A DNA stretch of 64,000 bases from a bacterium (GTDB lineage: Bacteria > Hydrothermota > Hydrothermia > UBA1063), in NCBI GenBank assembly GCA_030019025.1, contig JASEFR010000004.1, positions 12,782 through 76,781 on the forward strand, in the 5' to 3' direction. The position numbers were made by a program, and so were the translations under genes. The notes under the pieces are model-generated. The model ran no database searches. It saw only the letters and a program-made list of their open reading frames with translations, and had not been told where the DNA came from. Below, one piece after another: positions 1-12,412 of this stretch (within the stretch, counting starts at the first letter, position 1; each line of letters starts with the position of its first letter).

Positions 1-1331
<1,331 letters not shown>

Positions 1332-1335
<4 letters not shown>

Positions 1336-3926
1336 TGTGGAATTCCAATAAAGTTAGAGAAATCTTCCTTAAGTATTTCAGAGAAAGAGACCATGTGATA
1401 GTTCCCAGCTCTTCGCTGTTGCCAAAAAATGATCCCACGCTCCTTTTCACCAATGCGGGTATGAATCAATTTAAACTCTTCTTCCTCGGTGTTGTTAAAC
1501 CACCTTTTACGCGTGCAGCCTCTTGCCAGAAGTGCTTAAGAGCCGGTGGAAAGCATAATGACCTTGATAATGTGGGCTTCACCAAAAGGCATCACACCTT
1601 TTTTGAAATGCTGGGAAATTTTTCCTTCAACGACTATTTCAAGGAAGAAGCAATCAAATTCGCCTGGGAACTCCTTACAAAAATCTATGGGCTCGAAAAA
1701 GACAGGCTCTGGGTAACCGTTTACAAAGAAGACGATGAGGCATACAACATTTGGAAAGATGTTATAGGAATACCAGAAAAGCGGATAGTAAAACTTGGCG
1801 AAAAAGACAATTTCTGGGAAATGGGAGAGCAAGGGCCAGCAGGACCTTGTTCAGAAATTCTCTATGACCTCGGAGTCGATGCAGATCCCAATCAGGCAAC
1901 CCCAGAAATGGAAGGAGAACGCTTTCTTGAAATCTGGAACCTCGTTTTTATGCAGTACAATAGAAATGAGAAAGGAGAACTGGAAAAGCTCGGGACCAGG
2001 AATATTGATACGGGAATGGGGCTTGAAAGGCTTCTTAGGGTTTTAAACGGGGCTGATTCCAATTTCCATACTGACCTGTTTATGCCCATCATAGAAGAAG
2101 TTGAAAGAATTACAGGGGTCAAATATTATGGTGATGATCGAGGCAGTGCTCACAGAGTATTGGCAGACCACACCAGGGCTCTAACCTTTGCTATTTCTGA
2201 TGGAATCTACCCCTCCAATTATGGGAGAGGTTATGTTTTAAGAAGAATTTTGAGGAGGGCTCACCGCTTTGCTCAAAAAATAGGATATGGTGACAAACCC
2301 ATAATTTATAGACTGGTTCCCGTTGTGGTTGAAATAATGAAAGATGCTTATCCCGAACTTATTGAGAGAAAAACAGAAGTAGAGTTTATCATAAAACGAG
2401 AGGAAGAAAGATTCATTGAAAATATTGCCAAAACCCTTCCAAAACTGGAACAGGAAGTAGAAGAGGCCAAAGCTTCTGGTGTTCTTAGCGGAAAGGTCGT
2501 ATTCAAGTTCTACGATACTTATGGTCTTCCTCTTGATTTAATCGAAGAATACGCTAAAGATGCAGGACTTGCAATTGATTGGTCATCCTTCGAGGAGGAG
2601 ATGGAAACCCAGAGGGAAAAGGCGAGGAAAACCGAGATATTCAAGGTTGACATACCAGAAGAGTGGACCGTTTTCAAAGAAGGTCAAGTTAAATTTATAG
2701 GGTACGAGAAACTCGAAACCCTTTCGAAGATCATCAAGTACGGATTCAAAGGTGAAAAAATTTATATTGTGACCGAGGAAACCCCCTTTTACCCTGAAGG
2801 CGGTGGTCAGGTTGGTGACAAGGGAATCATAGAAGGTGAAGGTCCAGAAGGACACTTTCTTGTCGAGGTCCTTGACACAAAAAAGATTGAAAACCAAATC
2901 ATTCACATTGGAAGGTTAATTGAAGGAAAGATACAGGATGTAGAAGTAAGACTCGTTGTTGACGAAAAACTCAGAAAGGGAGCTCAAAGAGCCCATACTG
3001 CCACCCATCTTCTTCACGCCGCATTGAGAGAAGTTCTCGGCGAACACGTGCGCCAGGAAGGTTCCCTTGTTGAACCCGATAGATTGAGATTTGACTTCCT
3101 CCATTTCTCGAAATTGAAAAAAGAAGAGATCGAGGAAATAGAACAAATTGTCAACACGAAAATCATCGAAAATATTCCATTGGAAATTAAATATATGAAA
3201 TACGATGAGGCTTTAAAAGACGGCGCCATGGCCCTTTTTGAAGGTAAATACGGTGAAATAGTTCGAGTAATTCATATTGGTGACTTTTCAAGAGAACTAT
3301 GTGGTGGAACCCACGCAGAAAGGACAGGAGACATTGGACTTTTTAAAATCATTAAAGAAGAGGCTTCCAGCGCCAACATAAGAAGAATAGAAGCTTATAC
3401 AGGGCTGAAAGCACTACAATATATTCGGAAACTCGAAGATACGCTCATGACTGCAGCCGAAACCTTATCCACCACTTCAGATAAATTAGCTGAAAAAATT
3501 GTGAAAAATCAGGAACTAATAAAATCACTTGAAGAGGAGGTAAAGACTTATTTAACCAAATGGGCTGATCTAAAAGTTAAAGAAATCGTAGAAAAACAAC
3601 TAAAAACCGATAGATTCACTGTTTTCACAGAATATGTTAAAAACGCCGATATAAAGGCACTACGGGCCATAGCAGACCGAATCAGGGCAACACAGGCAAA
3701 GGGACTCTTGATCTTAATCGGCAGTAAAGCCAACAATGTTTTCTTCTTGGTAGAAGTTCTTGGAAATATTGAGGATGTTGATGCAAGCAAGTTGGTGAAA
3801 ACCATCGGTAAATATCTCAAAGGTGGTGGTGGCGGGAGTAAGACCAAGGCGGAAGGTGGAGGCAAAGATGCCTCAAAAATAGGCGAAGTTTTAGATATGA
3901 TAAAAACAGGAAAAATTTTTACTTAG
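1332..3926 (+). CDS. alaS: alanyl-tRNA synthetase
   Basis: 864 aa with the N-terminal PSSSLLPKNDPTLLFTNAGMNQFK motif, the editing-domain HTATHLLHAAL and CGGTH motifs, and a C-terminal Gly-rich tail. Confidence 0.95.
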
Positions 3927-3937
3927 GAGGTTCAACA

Positions 3938-5122
3938 ATGGACATATTTAAAAAATGCTATGAATTCGAGGAGGCGGAGAAAGCAAAGCAATTAGGATAC
4001 TACCCTTACTTCCATCCCGTTGCCTCCGCAGAAGATACTGAGGTGGTGGTGGATGGAAAGCCCCTTGTAATGCTTGGGTCCAACAATTATCTGGGACTTA
4101 CTACCCATCCTTACGTAAAGAAAAAGGCGCAGGAAGCTATTGAAAAATATGGAACAGGAAGCTGCGGTTCAAGATTTTTAAACGGCACCCTTGATATTCA
4201 TGAAGAACTTGAAGAAGAGCTGGCAAAATTTGTCGGTAAAGAAAGGGCACTGGTTTTCAGCACCGGGTATCAGACAAACCTCGGAATTATGTCTGCCCTT
4301 CTTGGAAAGAATGATGTAGTCATTCTTGACAAGTGGGACCACGCAAGCATTGTAGATGGGACAAGACTCGGCCATGCACACGTTTTGAGGTTTAAGCACA
4401 ATGATATGGAACATTTAGAGAGAATATTGAAGGCAATTCCTGAAGACAGAGGCATTCTAATCGTTGTGGACGGCATTTTCAGCATGGAAGGAGATATCGC
4501 CAATTTACCCGAGCTTGTTAAACTTAAGGAAAAGTATGGAGCAAGACTTATGGTAGATGACGCCCATTCAGTTGGAGTTCTGGGTAAAACGGGCGCAGGA
4601 ACCGCAGAACACTTTGGACTCATAGAGAAAGTGGACTTAATAATGTCAACTTTTAGTAAATCCTTTGCGTCAATAGGTGGATTTGTAGCGGGAGACGCAA
4701 AGGTAATTGAATACATTAAACATTTTGCAAGGCCTATGATTTTTAGCGCAGCATTAGCTCCCGGTCAGGTGGCAGCCGCACGAGCTGCACTGGAAATTAT
4801 AAAAACTGACCATGAAAGAAGAGAAAATCTATGGAGGAACACCAAGTTCTGGCATGAAGGATTGAAAAGCCTTGGCTTTGACATCGGTGAGACACAAACT
4901 CCAATTGTGCCAATCATAATCGGTGATGATATGAAAACTTTCATGCTCTGGAAAAAACTAATGGAATACGGAGTCTATACAAATCCGGTAATCACTCCAG
5001 CGGTACCACCAGGCAGACAGCTTATAAGAACAAGCATTATGGCAACCCACACCATAGAGCAACTGGAAAGAGCCTTGGATGCCTTTAAAAAGGCTGGAAA
5101 GGAACTCGGTATCATATCGTGA
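3938..5122 (+). CDS. PLP-dependent alpha-oxoamine synthase family enzyme (2-amino-3-ketobutyrate CoA ligase / 8-amino-7-oxononanoate synthase / serine palmitoyltransferase-like)
   Basis: 394 aa with GSRFLNGT, DDAHSVGVLG and a SFSKS PLP-lysine region. An RBS (GGAGG) lies 6 nt upstream. The exact substrate cannot be assigned from sequence alone. Confidence 0.8.
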   Translation: MDIFKKCYEFEEAEKAKQLGYYPYFHPVASAEDTEVVVDGKPLVMLGSNNYLGLTTHPYVKKKAQEAIEKYGTGSCGSRFLNGTLDIHEELEEELAKFVGKERALVFSTGYQTNLGIMSALLGKNDVVILDKWDHASIVDGTRLGHAHVLRFKHNDMEHLERILKAIPEDRGILIVVDGIFSMEGDIANLPELVKLKEKYGARLMVDDAHSVGVLGKTGAGTAEHFGLIEKVDLIMSTFSKSFASIGGFVAGDAKVIEYIKHFARPMIFSAALAPGQVAAARAALEIIKTDHERRENLWRNTKFWHEGLKSLGFDIGETQTPIVPIIIGDDMKTFMLWKKLMEYGVYTNPVITPAVPPGRQLIRTSIMATHTIEQLERALDAFKKAGKELGIIS

Positions 5123-5491
5123 AAATTTTCTTTTTATGTCCGAATTATCCTTAGATATAGGCGCAAGAGCCAACGTAGTGAAAGCAGGTTTAATTTTCTT
5201 TGATCTGAATAGGAAATCGCAACATAAAGTTGAGATTCCCATTCGGGACAGGATTACATAAAGGATGCTATGGCTAAATCCCGCTCCTCTCTTATATAAA
5301 GAATGTGGATACATAAGCAAAAACTTGGTTGTGGGTGACGTAACAATCTTTGGTGTGAAAAAAAACAACAGTCTACCTAAAAACCAGAGCGTGTTAGGAA
5401 TAGGCAAAAATGAAAGATAATAGAATACCGAGATGGGAAACTTTAGAGAGGGCGTTTCGACCAGTAAACAAATTCTTAAAGGAGAGTAGCC

Positions 5492-6988
5492 ATTAAGTTT
5501 AAATCCATTTTACAATTTTCAATTGCAACTTTTGTTTCACGAATCCTTGGGTTTATAAGGGATGCATCAATAGCATTTTTGGTCGGAGCTGGAAGATTTG
5601 CTGACATCTTTAACATAGCTTTCAGGATCCCTAATTTCCTAAGGGATATGCTGGCAGAAAATGTTATGCAAACCGCCTTTGTGCCAAATTACGTAAAGGC
5701 TTTGGAAAAAAAGGAAGACCCTGAACACTTTTTAAACTTGATTTTTACAATTTTCCTCCTTGCATCTCTTATAATTGCTACACTTGGCATCATTTTCTCG
5801 AAACAGATCGTACTTATAACTGCCTATGGTTTTACCAGCATTCCCGAAAAATTTAACAAAACCGTTGAAGTTACGAGAATCACTTTCCCTTACCTCATCC
5901 TTGTTTCTATCTCTGCCCTTTTTCAAGCGATACTGAATTCAAAGAACGAGTTCTTTCACCCTGCACTCTCCCCTGCTTTATTTGATCTTGGAATTATCAT
6001 CATTATAATCGCTTCAAAATACTTTCTTCCGGAAGAAGAATATGCCACCATTCTTGGGTATTCTGTTCTATTCGGCGGTTTGCTACAGCTACTATACCTG
6101 TCGCAGAGACTTAAAGTACACCAGGTTTTACCTAAAATTACCTTCAACTTTCACCATCCCTACTTAAAGGATTTTGGGAAACTGCTTATTCCCGTTTTCA
6201 TAAGTGTTGGTTTTTCTAAAATTGCCCCCTTTATCAATACACTAATAGCCACCTTTTTAAGAGAAGGTTCCGTTTCTTATTTGACTTATGCCTACCGCAT
6301 CATGCAGGTTCCAGTAGGTCTTTTCGCAGTTGGCCTTCAGACGGTCTCAATGCCTTCTTTTTCCAGACTTGTTGCGAAAAACAGCGAAATGAGGGAAGCT
6401 CTGTGGAAGTCTTTCTTTTATGCTGTATTTCTAACATTGCCTTCCTCAATTTTCATAATTTTCTATTCAGGTGAAATTGTTCAGGTACTCTTCCAGAGAG
6501 GTGCTTTCACCCATCTCGACACCCTCCAAACAGCTCAGGCTCTGATCTTTTACACTCCTCATGTTTTTGCCATAGGGACTTCAAAAATATTCCTGAACTA
6601 CTACTTTTCAAGAGGAGAAATAAAGATTCCAAACATAAGCGTGATTTTGGGTACTATTGTAAACATTGCAATAGCAATCACACTTTCCAGAATAATAGAC
6701 TTTCCAGCCCTTGCCCTTGCCGTATCTGCAGGCACCTTAATTCAAGCTCTCTTTTTGACCGCAATGGTATCAAAGGATAATCCAATTCTCCCAGAATACC
6801 TTAGGAAAATAATTAAGGTAGTCATTGCAAGTGTAATTTCAGTTTTACCCTGTCATTTAATCCTTACAAGAAACCTCCTTGCAAGGCTAACACTTGGATT
6901 CATCAGCTACACAGCACTATTTCTATTAATTGCCTACCTCTGGAATTTTCTACCGGAAATAAAGGGTATTAAAAAATCTGATGAATAG
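5492..6988 (+). CDS. murJ: lipid II flippase MurJ (MviN); probable ATT (Ile) start after a strong Shine-Dalgarno, whereas the ORF track gives a TTG at 5579
   Basis: MurJ N-terminal homology (IKFKSILQFSIATFVSRILGFIRDASIAFLVGAGRFADIFNIAFRIPNFLR) is in-frame from 5480 onward, immediately after a TAA at 5477-5479. There is no ATG/GTG/TTG before 5579. AAAGGAGAG at 5477-5486 is followed 5 nt later by ATT at 5492. Confidence 0.8.
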   Translation: MKFKSILQFSIATFVSRILGFIRDASIAFLVGAGRFADIFNIAFRIPNFLRDMLAENVMQTAFVPNYVKALEKKEDPEHFLNLIFTIFLLASLIIATLGIIFSKQIVLITAYGFTSIPEKFNKTVEVTRITFPYLILVSISALFQAILNSKNEFFHPALSPALFDLGIIIIIIASKYFLPEEEYATILGYSVLFGGLLQLLYLSQRLKVHQVLPKITFNFHHPYLKDFGKLLIPVFISVGFSKIAPFINTLIATFLREGSVSYLTYAYRIMQVPVGLFAVGLQTVSMPSFSRLVAKNSEMREALWKSFFYAVFLTLPSSIFIIFYSGEIVQVLFQRGAFTHLDTLQTAQALIFYTPHVFAIGTSKIFLNYYFSRGEIKIPNISVILGTIVNIAIAITLSRIIDFPALALAVSAGTLIQALFLTAMVSKDNPILPEYLRKIIKVVIASVISVLPCHLILTRNLLARLTLGFISYTALFLLIAYLWNFLPEIKGIKKSDE

Positions 6989-7007
6989 CATTTAAAATAA
7001 TAACACT

Positions 7008-8768
7008 ATGGATGTGACAAAATTACGTGCTAAAGAATTGAGAAAGGCTTTGCTTGCGGGAATTATTAAAGTTCAGGACCTAAAGGATGAATTAAATAGG
7101 ATCAATGTCTTTCCTGTACCAGACGGAGACACTGGCACAAACCTCGCAGAGACTTTAGCAGGTGGAATTAATGTCCTCATGGAATCTTCAAGTCTCAAAT
7201 TGTGCGAAGTAGTAAGAAGATTCTCAGAAGCAATCCTTTTTACAGCCAAAGGCAACTCGGGTACAATCGTATCTCAATTCTTTACTGGATTTGCTGAGGC
7301 CCTGAAAGGTAAAGAGAGTGTTACCACTTCTGAATTCGCCGAAGCACTTAAATATGCTACGAATGCCGTTTACGACTCCTTAGAAAAGCCCGTTGAAGGA
7401 ACTATAATAACAGTAATAAGGGAAGTCGCAGAATATGCCGTTGAAATTTCTGAAAAGGAGAAAAACTTTATCAAATTCTTGAAACTGCTTCTTAAAAAGG
7501 CGGAAAACTCCTTAAGCAAAACCCCTGAACTTCTTCCAAAGCTTAAAGAGAAAGGCGTCGTAGATTCTGGAGCCTATGGATTTGTCTTGATTTTAAAAGG
7601 CATAGTAGAGTACATAAATACGGGTAAAATAGAACTACACAAAGTCCCTTCGAAAGAAACTTTGAAAATTATAGAAGAAGAGCACATAGAACACCGATAT
7701 TGCACAGAAGCAGTTATCAAGAGTGATGGACTCGACAAGAAAAAATTGGCCCTTGTTCTTGGAGCACTGGGTAGCTCACTTTTAATTGCAGGTGCCGGTG
7801 GATTATTCAAAATCCATATACATACTAACTGGCCCCAAAAGGTATTTGAAGTTCTAAAACAAAAGGGAACTATATTGAAGCATAAGATCGACGACATGAT
7901 TGAAATGAATAGAAAGGCTCGGAAAAAAGAGTTTGGCGTAATAGTCGATTCAACAGCAGACATTCCGTTAGACATTGCTCAGGAGCATGGAATAAATATT
8001 ATTCCACTTCAACTTATCATGGATGGGAAAACGTATCTTGAAGGAATTGACATAGATAAAAAGCAAGTTCTTGAATTGCTAATAGAAGGCAAAACTTATA
8101 TGACCACTTCCCAGCCCGACCCTATTTCCATTGAAAGAACAATAAAAGAGGCCCTCTCAAAGTATGAAAAAGTGGTGATAATTACTCTAAGCGCTAAACT
8201 ATCCGGGACATACAACGCTATAAGGATAGTGAGCTCAAAGTACCCTAACGTGTACCTTTTTGATGGAAAAATGGCATCTCTTGGGACAACGCTCCTCGCA
8301 TTAAGAGCACTCGAAAAGTTTGAAGAAGGTTATAACATTGAGAATATCTTAGAATATCTAAGAAAGGTTCAGAAAAAATCCTTATTCATTCTGACACTAA
8401 AAACCGTCAAATATCTTATGAGATCAGGAAGAATTTCTAATCTAAAAGGTGGAATTGCCGAGTTTTTTAACATAAAACCTTTAATTGTTGTTAACCCCGA
8501 TGGCGAACTTGAAAACATCGGAACCGCAATGGGGGAGAAAAAGGCATTCGAGAAGATAATCAAAATGGCAAAAAAACAACTTAATCCTTTCCAGACTTAT
8601 GACTTTGGTATTGCATATGTGGGGAAAAGCAAGTTTGCTGAAAGACTGGAGACCTTTGTGAGATCGGAATTTTCTGTCAGGAAACTAATAGTGAACGAGG
8701 CAGGGCCTTTACTTTCAATTCACGTTGGACCAGGAGCCTATGGTCTTATAGCCTTACCGGTCTTTTAG
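7008..8768 (+). CDS. Dak2 (DhaL-like) domain fused to a DegV-like domain; FakA/YloV-like fatty-acid kinase family protein
   Basis: The N-terminal half (PDGDTGTNL...) resembles the DhaL/Dak2 ATP-binding domain. The C-terminal half (FGVIVDSTADIPLD...IPLQLIMDGKTY) is DegV/EDD-fold-like. Confidence 0.7.
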   Translation: MDVTKLRAKELRKALLAGIIKVQDLKDELNRINVFPVPDGDTGTNLAETLAGGINVLMESSSLKLCEVVRRFSEAILFTAKGNSGTIVSQFFTGFAEALKGKESVTTSEFAEALKYATNAVYDSLEKPVEGTIITVIREVAEYAVEISEKEKNFIKFLKLLLKKAENSLSKTPELLPKLKEKGVVDSGAYGFVLILKGIVEYINTGKIELHKVPSKETLKIIEEEHIEHRYCTEAVIKSDGLDKKKLALVLGALGSSLLIAGAGGLFKIHIHTNWPQKVFEVLKQKGTILKHKIDDMIEMNRKARKKEFGVIVDSTADIPLDIAQEHGINIIPLQLIMDGKTYLEGIDIDKKQVLELLIEGKTYMTTSQPDPISIERTIKEALSKYEKVVIITLSAKLSGTYNAIRIVSSKYPNVYLFDGKMASLGTTLLALRALEKFEEGYNIENILEYLRKVQKKSLFILTLKTVKYLMRSGRISNLKGGIAEFFNIKPLIVVNPDGELENIGTAMGEKKAFEKIIKMAKKQLNPFQTYDFGIAYVGKSKFAERLETFVRSEFSVRKLIVNEAGPLLSIHVGPGAYGLIALPVF

Positions 8769-9340
8769 ACCTGCAGGTATAAGCCTCTTTCAATTATGTA
8801 GTGAGAAACTGCCTCGGGGACAAGGTATCTTATACTCTTGCCCTGTCTAATCCTCTCCCTTATTTCGGTGGAGGAAATATCAATCAGCCTTTCATCCAGA
8901 AAGATAACCTTTTCGGTATTAATCGCTTTTAGCGAACAGTTGGGTCTTTTTAACACAATAAAATTAACCATTTCAAAAAGTCTCTTATAATTATACCAAG
9001 ACGGCAAAGCCTGGTACTGATCTGCACCGAGAATTAAAAAAAATTCGGCATCCTTAAGCTTATCCTTAAGTCTTTCAAGCACATTCACTGTATAGGATGG
9101 TACAATATTTTCTATGGCTTCAAAATCTGAGGCTTCAAAATATTCAACCCCCTCAACCGCAAGTTTTACCATATTAAACCGGTCTTCAAAGGGAGCATAG
9201 ACTTCCTTATGGGGTGGCTTGTAGTTCACCAAAAAGAGAATTTTGTCCAGCTCAACATTTTCCCATACATCCCGAGCAAGGATAACATGGCCAACGTGCA
9301 CGGGATCAAAGGCACCACCAAAAATACCTATTTTTCGCAT
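8765..9340 (-). CDS. nadD: nicotinate-nucleotide adenylyltransferase
   Basis: 191 aa with GGAFDPVHVGH (the HxGH nucleotidyltransferase motif) and a SSTEIRERI motif. Confidence 0.9.
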   Translation of the reverse strand: MRKIGIFGGAFDPVHVGHVILARDVWENVELDKILFLVNYKPPHKEVYAPFEDRFNMVKLAVEGVEYFEASDFEAIENIVPSYTVNVLERLKDKLKDAEFFLILGADQYQALPSWYNYKRLFEMVNFIVLKRPNCSLKAINTEKVIFLDERLIDISSTEIRERIRQGKSIRYLVPEAVSHYIIERGLYLQV

Positions 9341-10074
9341 TTCTTTTCAATTTCTTTGACTATTTTATTTATCCCATTTTGAAAGGCCTTATCTTTTGTA
9401 CCATTAATTTCGGCAAAAAGTACTTTTGCCGAATCACACTCCTTTTTTAATAAATAACTTCTCACTTTAAGTAATTTTGCCGCAGTAACAAGACTATCAT
9501 CGTCGGGAAACTCTTCAAAAACCAAATTGATGTATACATCAGCCGCTTTCGGATGTCCTATCCTTAAATAAGTTTCAGCAATGTATAAGTATTTAAGACC
9601 TTTTCTTCTGTAAAGCATCTTTTCAAGTTCTTTGGCTTTTTCAACCTGGGAATTATCAGGGAAACGGTTTTTAAATTCCTCAATGTATCTCCTCGCTTCA
9701 TTAATGGACTCTGTATCCCTTGAAATGGTTTTACTTTTTTCCAAATAGCATTCTGCCAACTCCAGATAAGAATTAGCAACATACTCACTGGTTGGAAAGG
9801 TATTGATCAGAAAGAGATACTCGGTTATTGCATCATCGTAGTTTTTAGCATTTTTGTAACTTTTCGCAAGGTAGTATTGTGCAAAATCCACACTGTCGCT
9901 GAGAGGATATTTAAACACAAATTCCTTGAAAAGCTCAGCAGACCGACTATACTTCCCCTTTTGAAAATATTCCATAGCTCTGCTAAATAAAGAGTCTGAA
10001 GTTTCCGGAGCCTTAGCTTTCCTTGCTTGGCAGGATAAAGAAAACAGCAATAATATAAAAACCGCTCTCTTCAT
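9328..10074 (-). CDS. bamD: TPR-repeat outer-membrane lipoprotein, BamD-like (the YbgF-like alternative is not excluded)
   Basis: The internal Met (MKRAVFILLLFSLSC) gives a signal peptide with an LSC lipobox, followed by TPR-like repeats. The ORF-track start at 10116 adds 14 non-signal residues, so the start is set at 10074. Confidence 0.55.
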   Translation of the reverse strand: MKRAVFILLLFSLSCQARKAKAPETSDSLFSRAMEYFQKGKYSRSAELFKEFVFKYPLSDSVDFAQYYLAKSYKNAKNYDDAITEYLFLINTFPTSEYVANSYLELAECYLEKSKTISRDTESINEARRYIEEFKNRFPDNSQVEKAKELEKMLYRRKGLKYLYIAETYLRIGHPKAADVYINLVFEEFPDDDSLVTAAKLLKVRSYLLKKECDSAKVLFAEINGTKDKAFQNGINKIVKEIEKKCEK

Positions 10075-10112
10075 AACTTCTCCTTTTTCTGAATTATAAA
10101 GGAAAGTACGCG

Positions 10113-11282
10113 TCAATTAAACCTTACTTTCATAAATATGAGACTGGATATAACTCCAAAAGATGCGACGGTCCCCCATATAAGAACAGGAGTTTTTAAA
10201 AAGACATCAATTAAAACCCCGCCAATAAAAGGTGCTACTGCCCAGGAAAGCCCCTCTATAAACCCGAGAACACCTATATACAATCCCCTCTTATCCTCTG
10301 GAGCCATAGCTGAGGTTATAGTGGTCAAAAGGGGCATAGCCAACATTTCTCCTGCGGTGAGAACTATGACTCCAATTGCAAAGTTGGTAAAATTATGGGA
10401 AAAAGCAAAATAAAAGTAACCCATGGAATAAAGAAGAGAGCCCAAAATCAACCCCTTTTTGTAACCCAGATAATCCACGACTTTAATAATAATCATCTGA
10501 AAGAAAACTACCATAAAACCATTGATACTGTACAAGTAACCAATTTGAACGTTATCCAGACCTTTATGCTTTGCATATACAGATAGGGTTGAAATGAGCT
10601 GACCCATGAGGAGCGAAAGAACGAAGGTACCAGCAATAAACAACATAAAATTTTTGTTTTTAAGCACTTCGCCGAAGGAAATTTCCTTTGTAAGCCCCAC
10701 GTTTTTTCTTTCCTCTCCGGAGGATACAAGATATATTACAAGGAAAATACAAATTACTTGAAGTAAAAAGGATGCAAAAAAAGTCAGGGGATAAGAAAAG
10801 CGTGAAATAAATCCACCAATGGAGGGGCCAATTGCAAAACCCAGATTCCCCCCAACCCTTATAACGCTGTAAGCAAAGGGCCTATCCGGTTCATTAATAT
10901 TTTTGGCAACGAAAACATCGGAAGCCGACATAAAAAAGCTGGCCCCGCCTGAATTTAAAAAAAAGAAAAAGAAAAATAATAGAGGATTTGCGTTGAGTAA
11001 AATCAAAATCGAAAAACCCAAAAAGCCTGACGCCCTTAAAAACAGGCCGAGTTTCATTACGGTATCCGTAGGCAGTGTATCAGAAAGCCTACCCGCATAA
11101 AATCTTAAAAAAGACCCCAATACAGAAGCAAATCCAATGATAGTGCCAACAAGGCTCATTGGAACACCACGCTCATTGTAAAGATAGATACTCAAAAACG
11201 GGATACTGATTGCATAACTTGCGGATTGCAATCCTCGAATAATTGCAAGGCTATATAGTTTTACTGCTGTCTGTTTCTTCAC
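10113..11282 (-). CDS. MFS transporter
   Basis: 389 aa with roughly 12 predicted hydrophobic segments and a GRLSD-type MFS motif after TM2. It overlaps the bamD-like gene by 4 nt (minus-strand operon MFS, bamD-like, nadD). Confidence 0.8.
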   Translation of the reverse strand: MKKQTAVKLYSLAIIRGLQSASYAISIPFLSIYLYNERGVPMSLVGTIIGFASVLGSFLRFYAGRLSDTLPTDTVMKLGLFLRASGFLGFSILILLNANPLLFFFFFFLNSGGASFFMSASDVFVAKNINEPDRPFAYSVIRVGGNLGFAIGPSIGGFISRFSYPLTFFASFLLQVICIFLVIYLVSSGEERKNVGLTKEISFGEVLKNKNFMLFIAGTFVLSLLMGQLISTLSVYAKHKGLDNVQIGYLYSINGFMVVFFQMIIIKVVDYLGYKKGLILGSLLYSMGYFYFAFSHNFTNFAIGVIVLTAGEMLAMPLLTTITSAMAPEDKRGLYIGVLGFIEGLSWAVAPFIGGVLIDVFLKTPVLIWGTVASFGVISSLIFMKVRFN

Positions 11283-11773
11283 GTTGTAATTTTAAAGCAA
11301 ATTGTTCGTATTGAGAACTAATTTAAATAAGGTCCTTTCATTTCGGGCTCCTTTTTTTGTTATAGGCCCTATCCAACTCTTTTTGTAACCCGATTATCAC
11401 ATGCGTTAATTTTACTACTTCTCACGACTCTTTTTTTAATAAAACCATCTCTCAATCTGAATAGTCTCTTTAATCTGCTAATTATGGGATTTCTCCTCCT
11501 TTATCTTTGGGAATTGAACGACTTCTGCATATCCTCACTCTATAGTTCATAAGGATGCAGTATGGTCACCTTTTTCTTTACCTGAATTTTTGAGGAGACT
11601 TAACCATTTCAAGTAGATTATTTTACGAAACACCGGTTTATTGAAAATCCAATATCCAAGCTGTATAATTTTAAAACATTGGAACTATTGGTTGTAGCTT
11701 ATTTCTAATGAAATAAAGAATGTATATTTGTTACTGTTTTAAAACTCCCTTCTTTTGAGGAACACCTGCACTA

Positions 11774-11802
11774 TTTACTTTTCAGAATAATGTAGTTATA
11801 AT
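11774..11802 (+). promoter_or_regulatory. candidate sigma70-type promoter for tmRNA (TTTACT-N17-TATAAT)
   Basis: TTTACT at 11774-11779 and TATAAT at 11797-11802, about 19 nt upstream of the mature tmRNA 5' end at 11821. Confidence 0.4.
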
Positions 11803-11820
11803 ATACTTGCTCTTTCTCAA

Positions 11821-12170
11821 GGGGGTGTATTGGATTCGACAGGGCCGAATTGAATCATAGAGCGCATGCCGGGGTGTGGCCACCTCGTTAATAAGGCCAC
11901 AAAAAACAACTGCCAACTACAACTACGCATACGCTGCTTAATTAAAGCAGCCGTCCCTTTTCGGGGTGCTCCTGCCCGAAAAGAGGGCGTGATAGACAGG
12001 AGCTGGACTCAAACCCATGCCTTCAGGGTTTGGGTCGAGAGCATAGAAGGCTATCCCTCAAAGCACCTGCCTGTCGGTGCAAGAGGGAGAAAAACAAAGA
12101 CAGGCTAAGCATGTAGGGCTCTATGGTTCAAGGCCCCTGGACGCGGGTTCAATTCCCGCCACCTCCACCA
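11821..12170 (+). ncRNA. ssrA: tmRNA (transfer-messenger RNA, SsrA)
   Basis: The 5' end GGGGGTGTATTGGATTCGACAGGG and the 3' end GGACGCGGGTTCAATTCCCGCCACCTCCACCA form the tRNA-like domain. An internal tag frame reads ...GCC AAC TAC AAC TAC GCA TAC GCT GCT TAA, giving the tag (A)ANYNYAYAA. Confidence 0.92.
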
Positions 12171-12412
12171 GTCTTATTCGGAATTTTGGAATTATACCTT
12201 TTTGACAAAGAAATTTTAGCGAGTCTTTTTCAAACAAATGAGAATTTTTAAGTAATATTTTTTGAACCCCTCAAGTATCCTCATTTACAAATTTAAACAT
12301 CATTGTAATTTTTTTTTGGATAAACCGAGAAAGGGCCGATATGTTTTGGCAAAACTGTCTACAAGAATTTCGACCAATAAGAGTCCTCTTATAGAATTAG
12401 ACTGCTAAAAAT

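Noticed and set aside
4270-4716. antisense ORFs inside real genes (similarly 3548-3865, 13355-13711, 19812-20183, 28588-28947, 48465-48980, 36434-36703 and others)
   Set aside because: They are embedded opposite or out of frame within well-supported genes (kbl-like, alaS, acrB-like, ftsH, atpB, thiD, the T9SS cargo). Their composition is Ser/Pro/Leu-rich, typical of antisense artefacts.
4958-5407. 149-aa minus-strand ORF and 60-aa plus-strand ORF (5079-5261) in the kbl-murJ spacer
   Set aside because: Both overlap the 3' end of the kbl-like gene, have low-complexity or odd composition, and have no RBS or homology. Likely spurious.
11330-11350. TTTCGGGCTCC resembling the universally conserved RNase P RNA GTCCGGGCTCC motif
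   Set aside because: Flanking sequence does not match the RNase P P4/J3-4 context (no AGGAAAG before it, no ATAGGGCAGG after it). Probably a chance match in a T-rich spacer.
11866-12108. 80-aa ORF in the six-frame track
   Set aside because: It lies entirely inside the tmRNA gene. The sequence is structured RNA, not coding.
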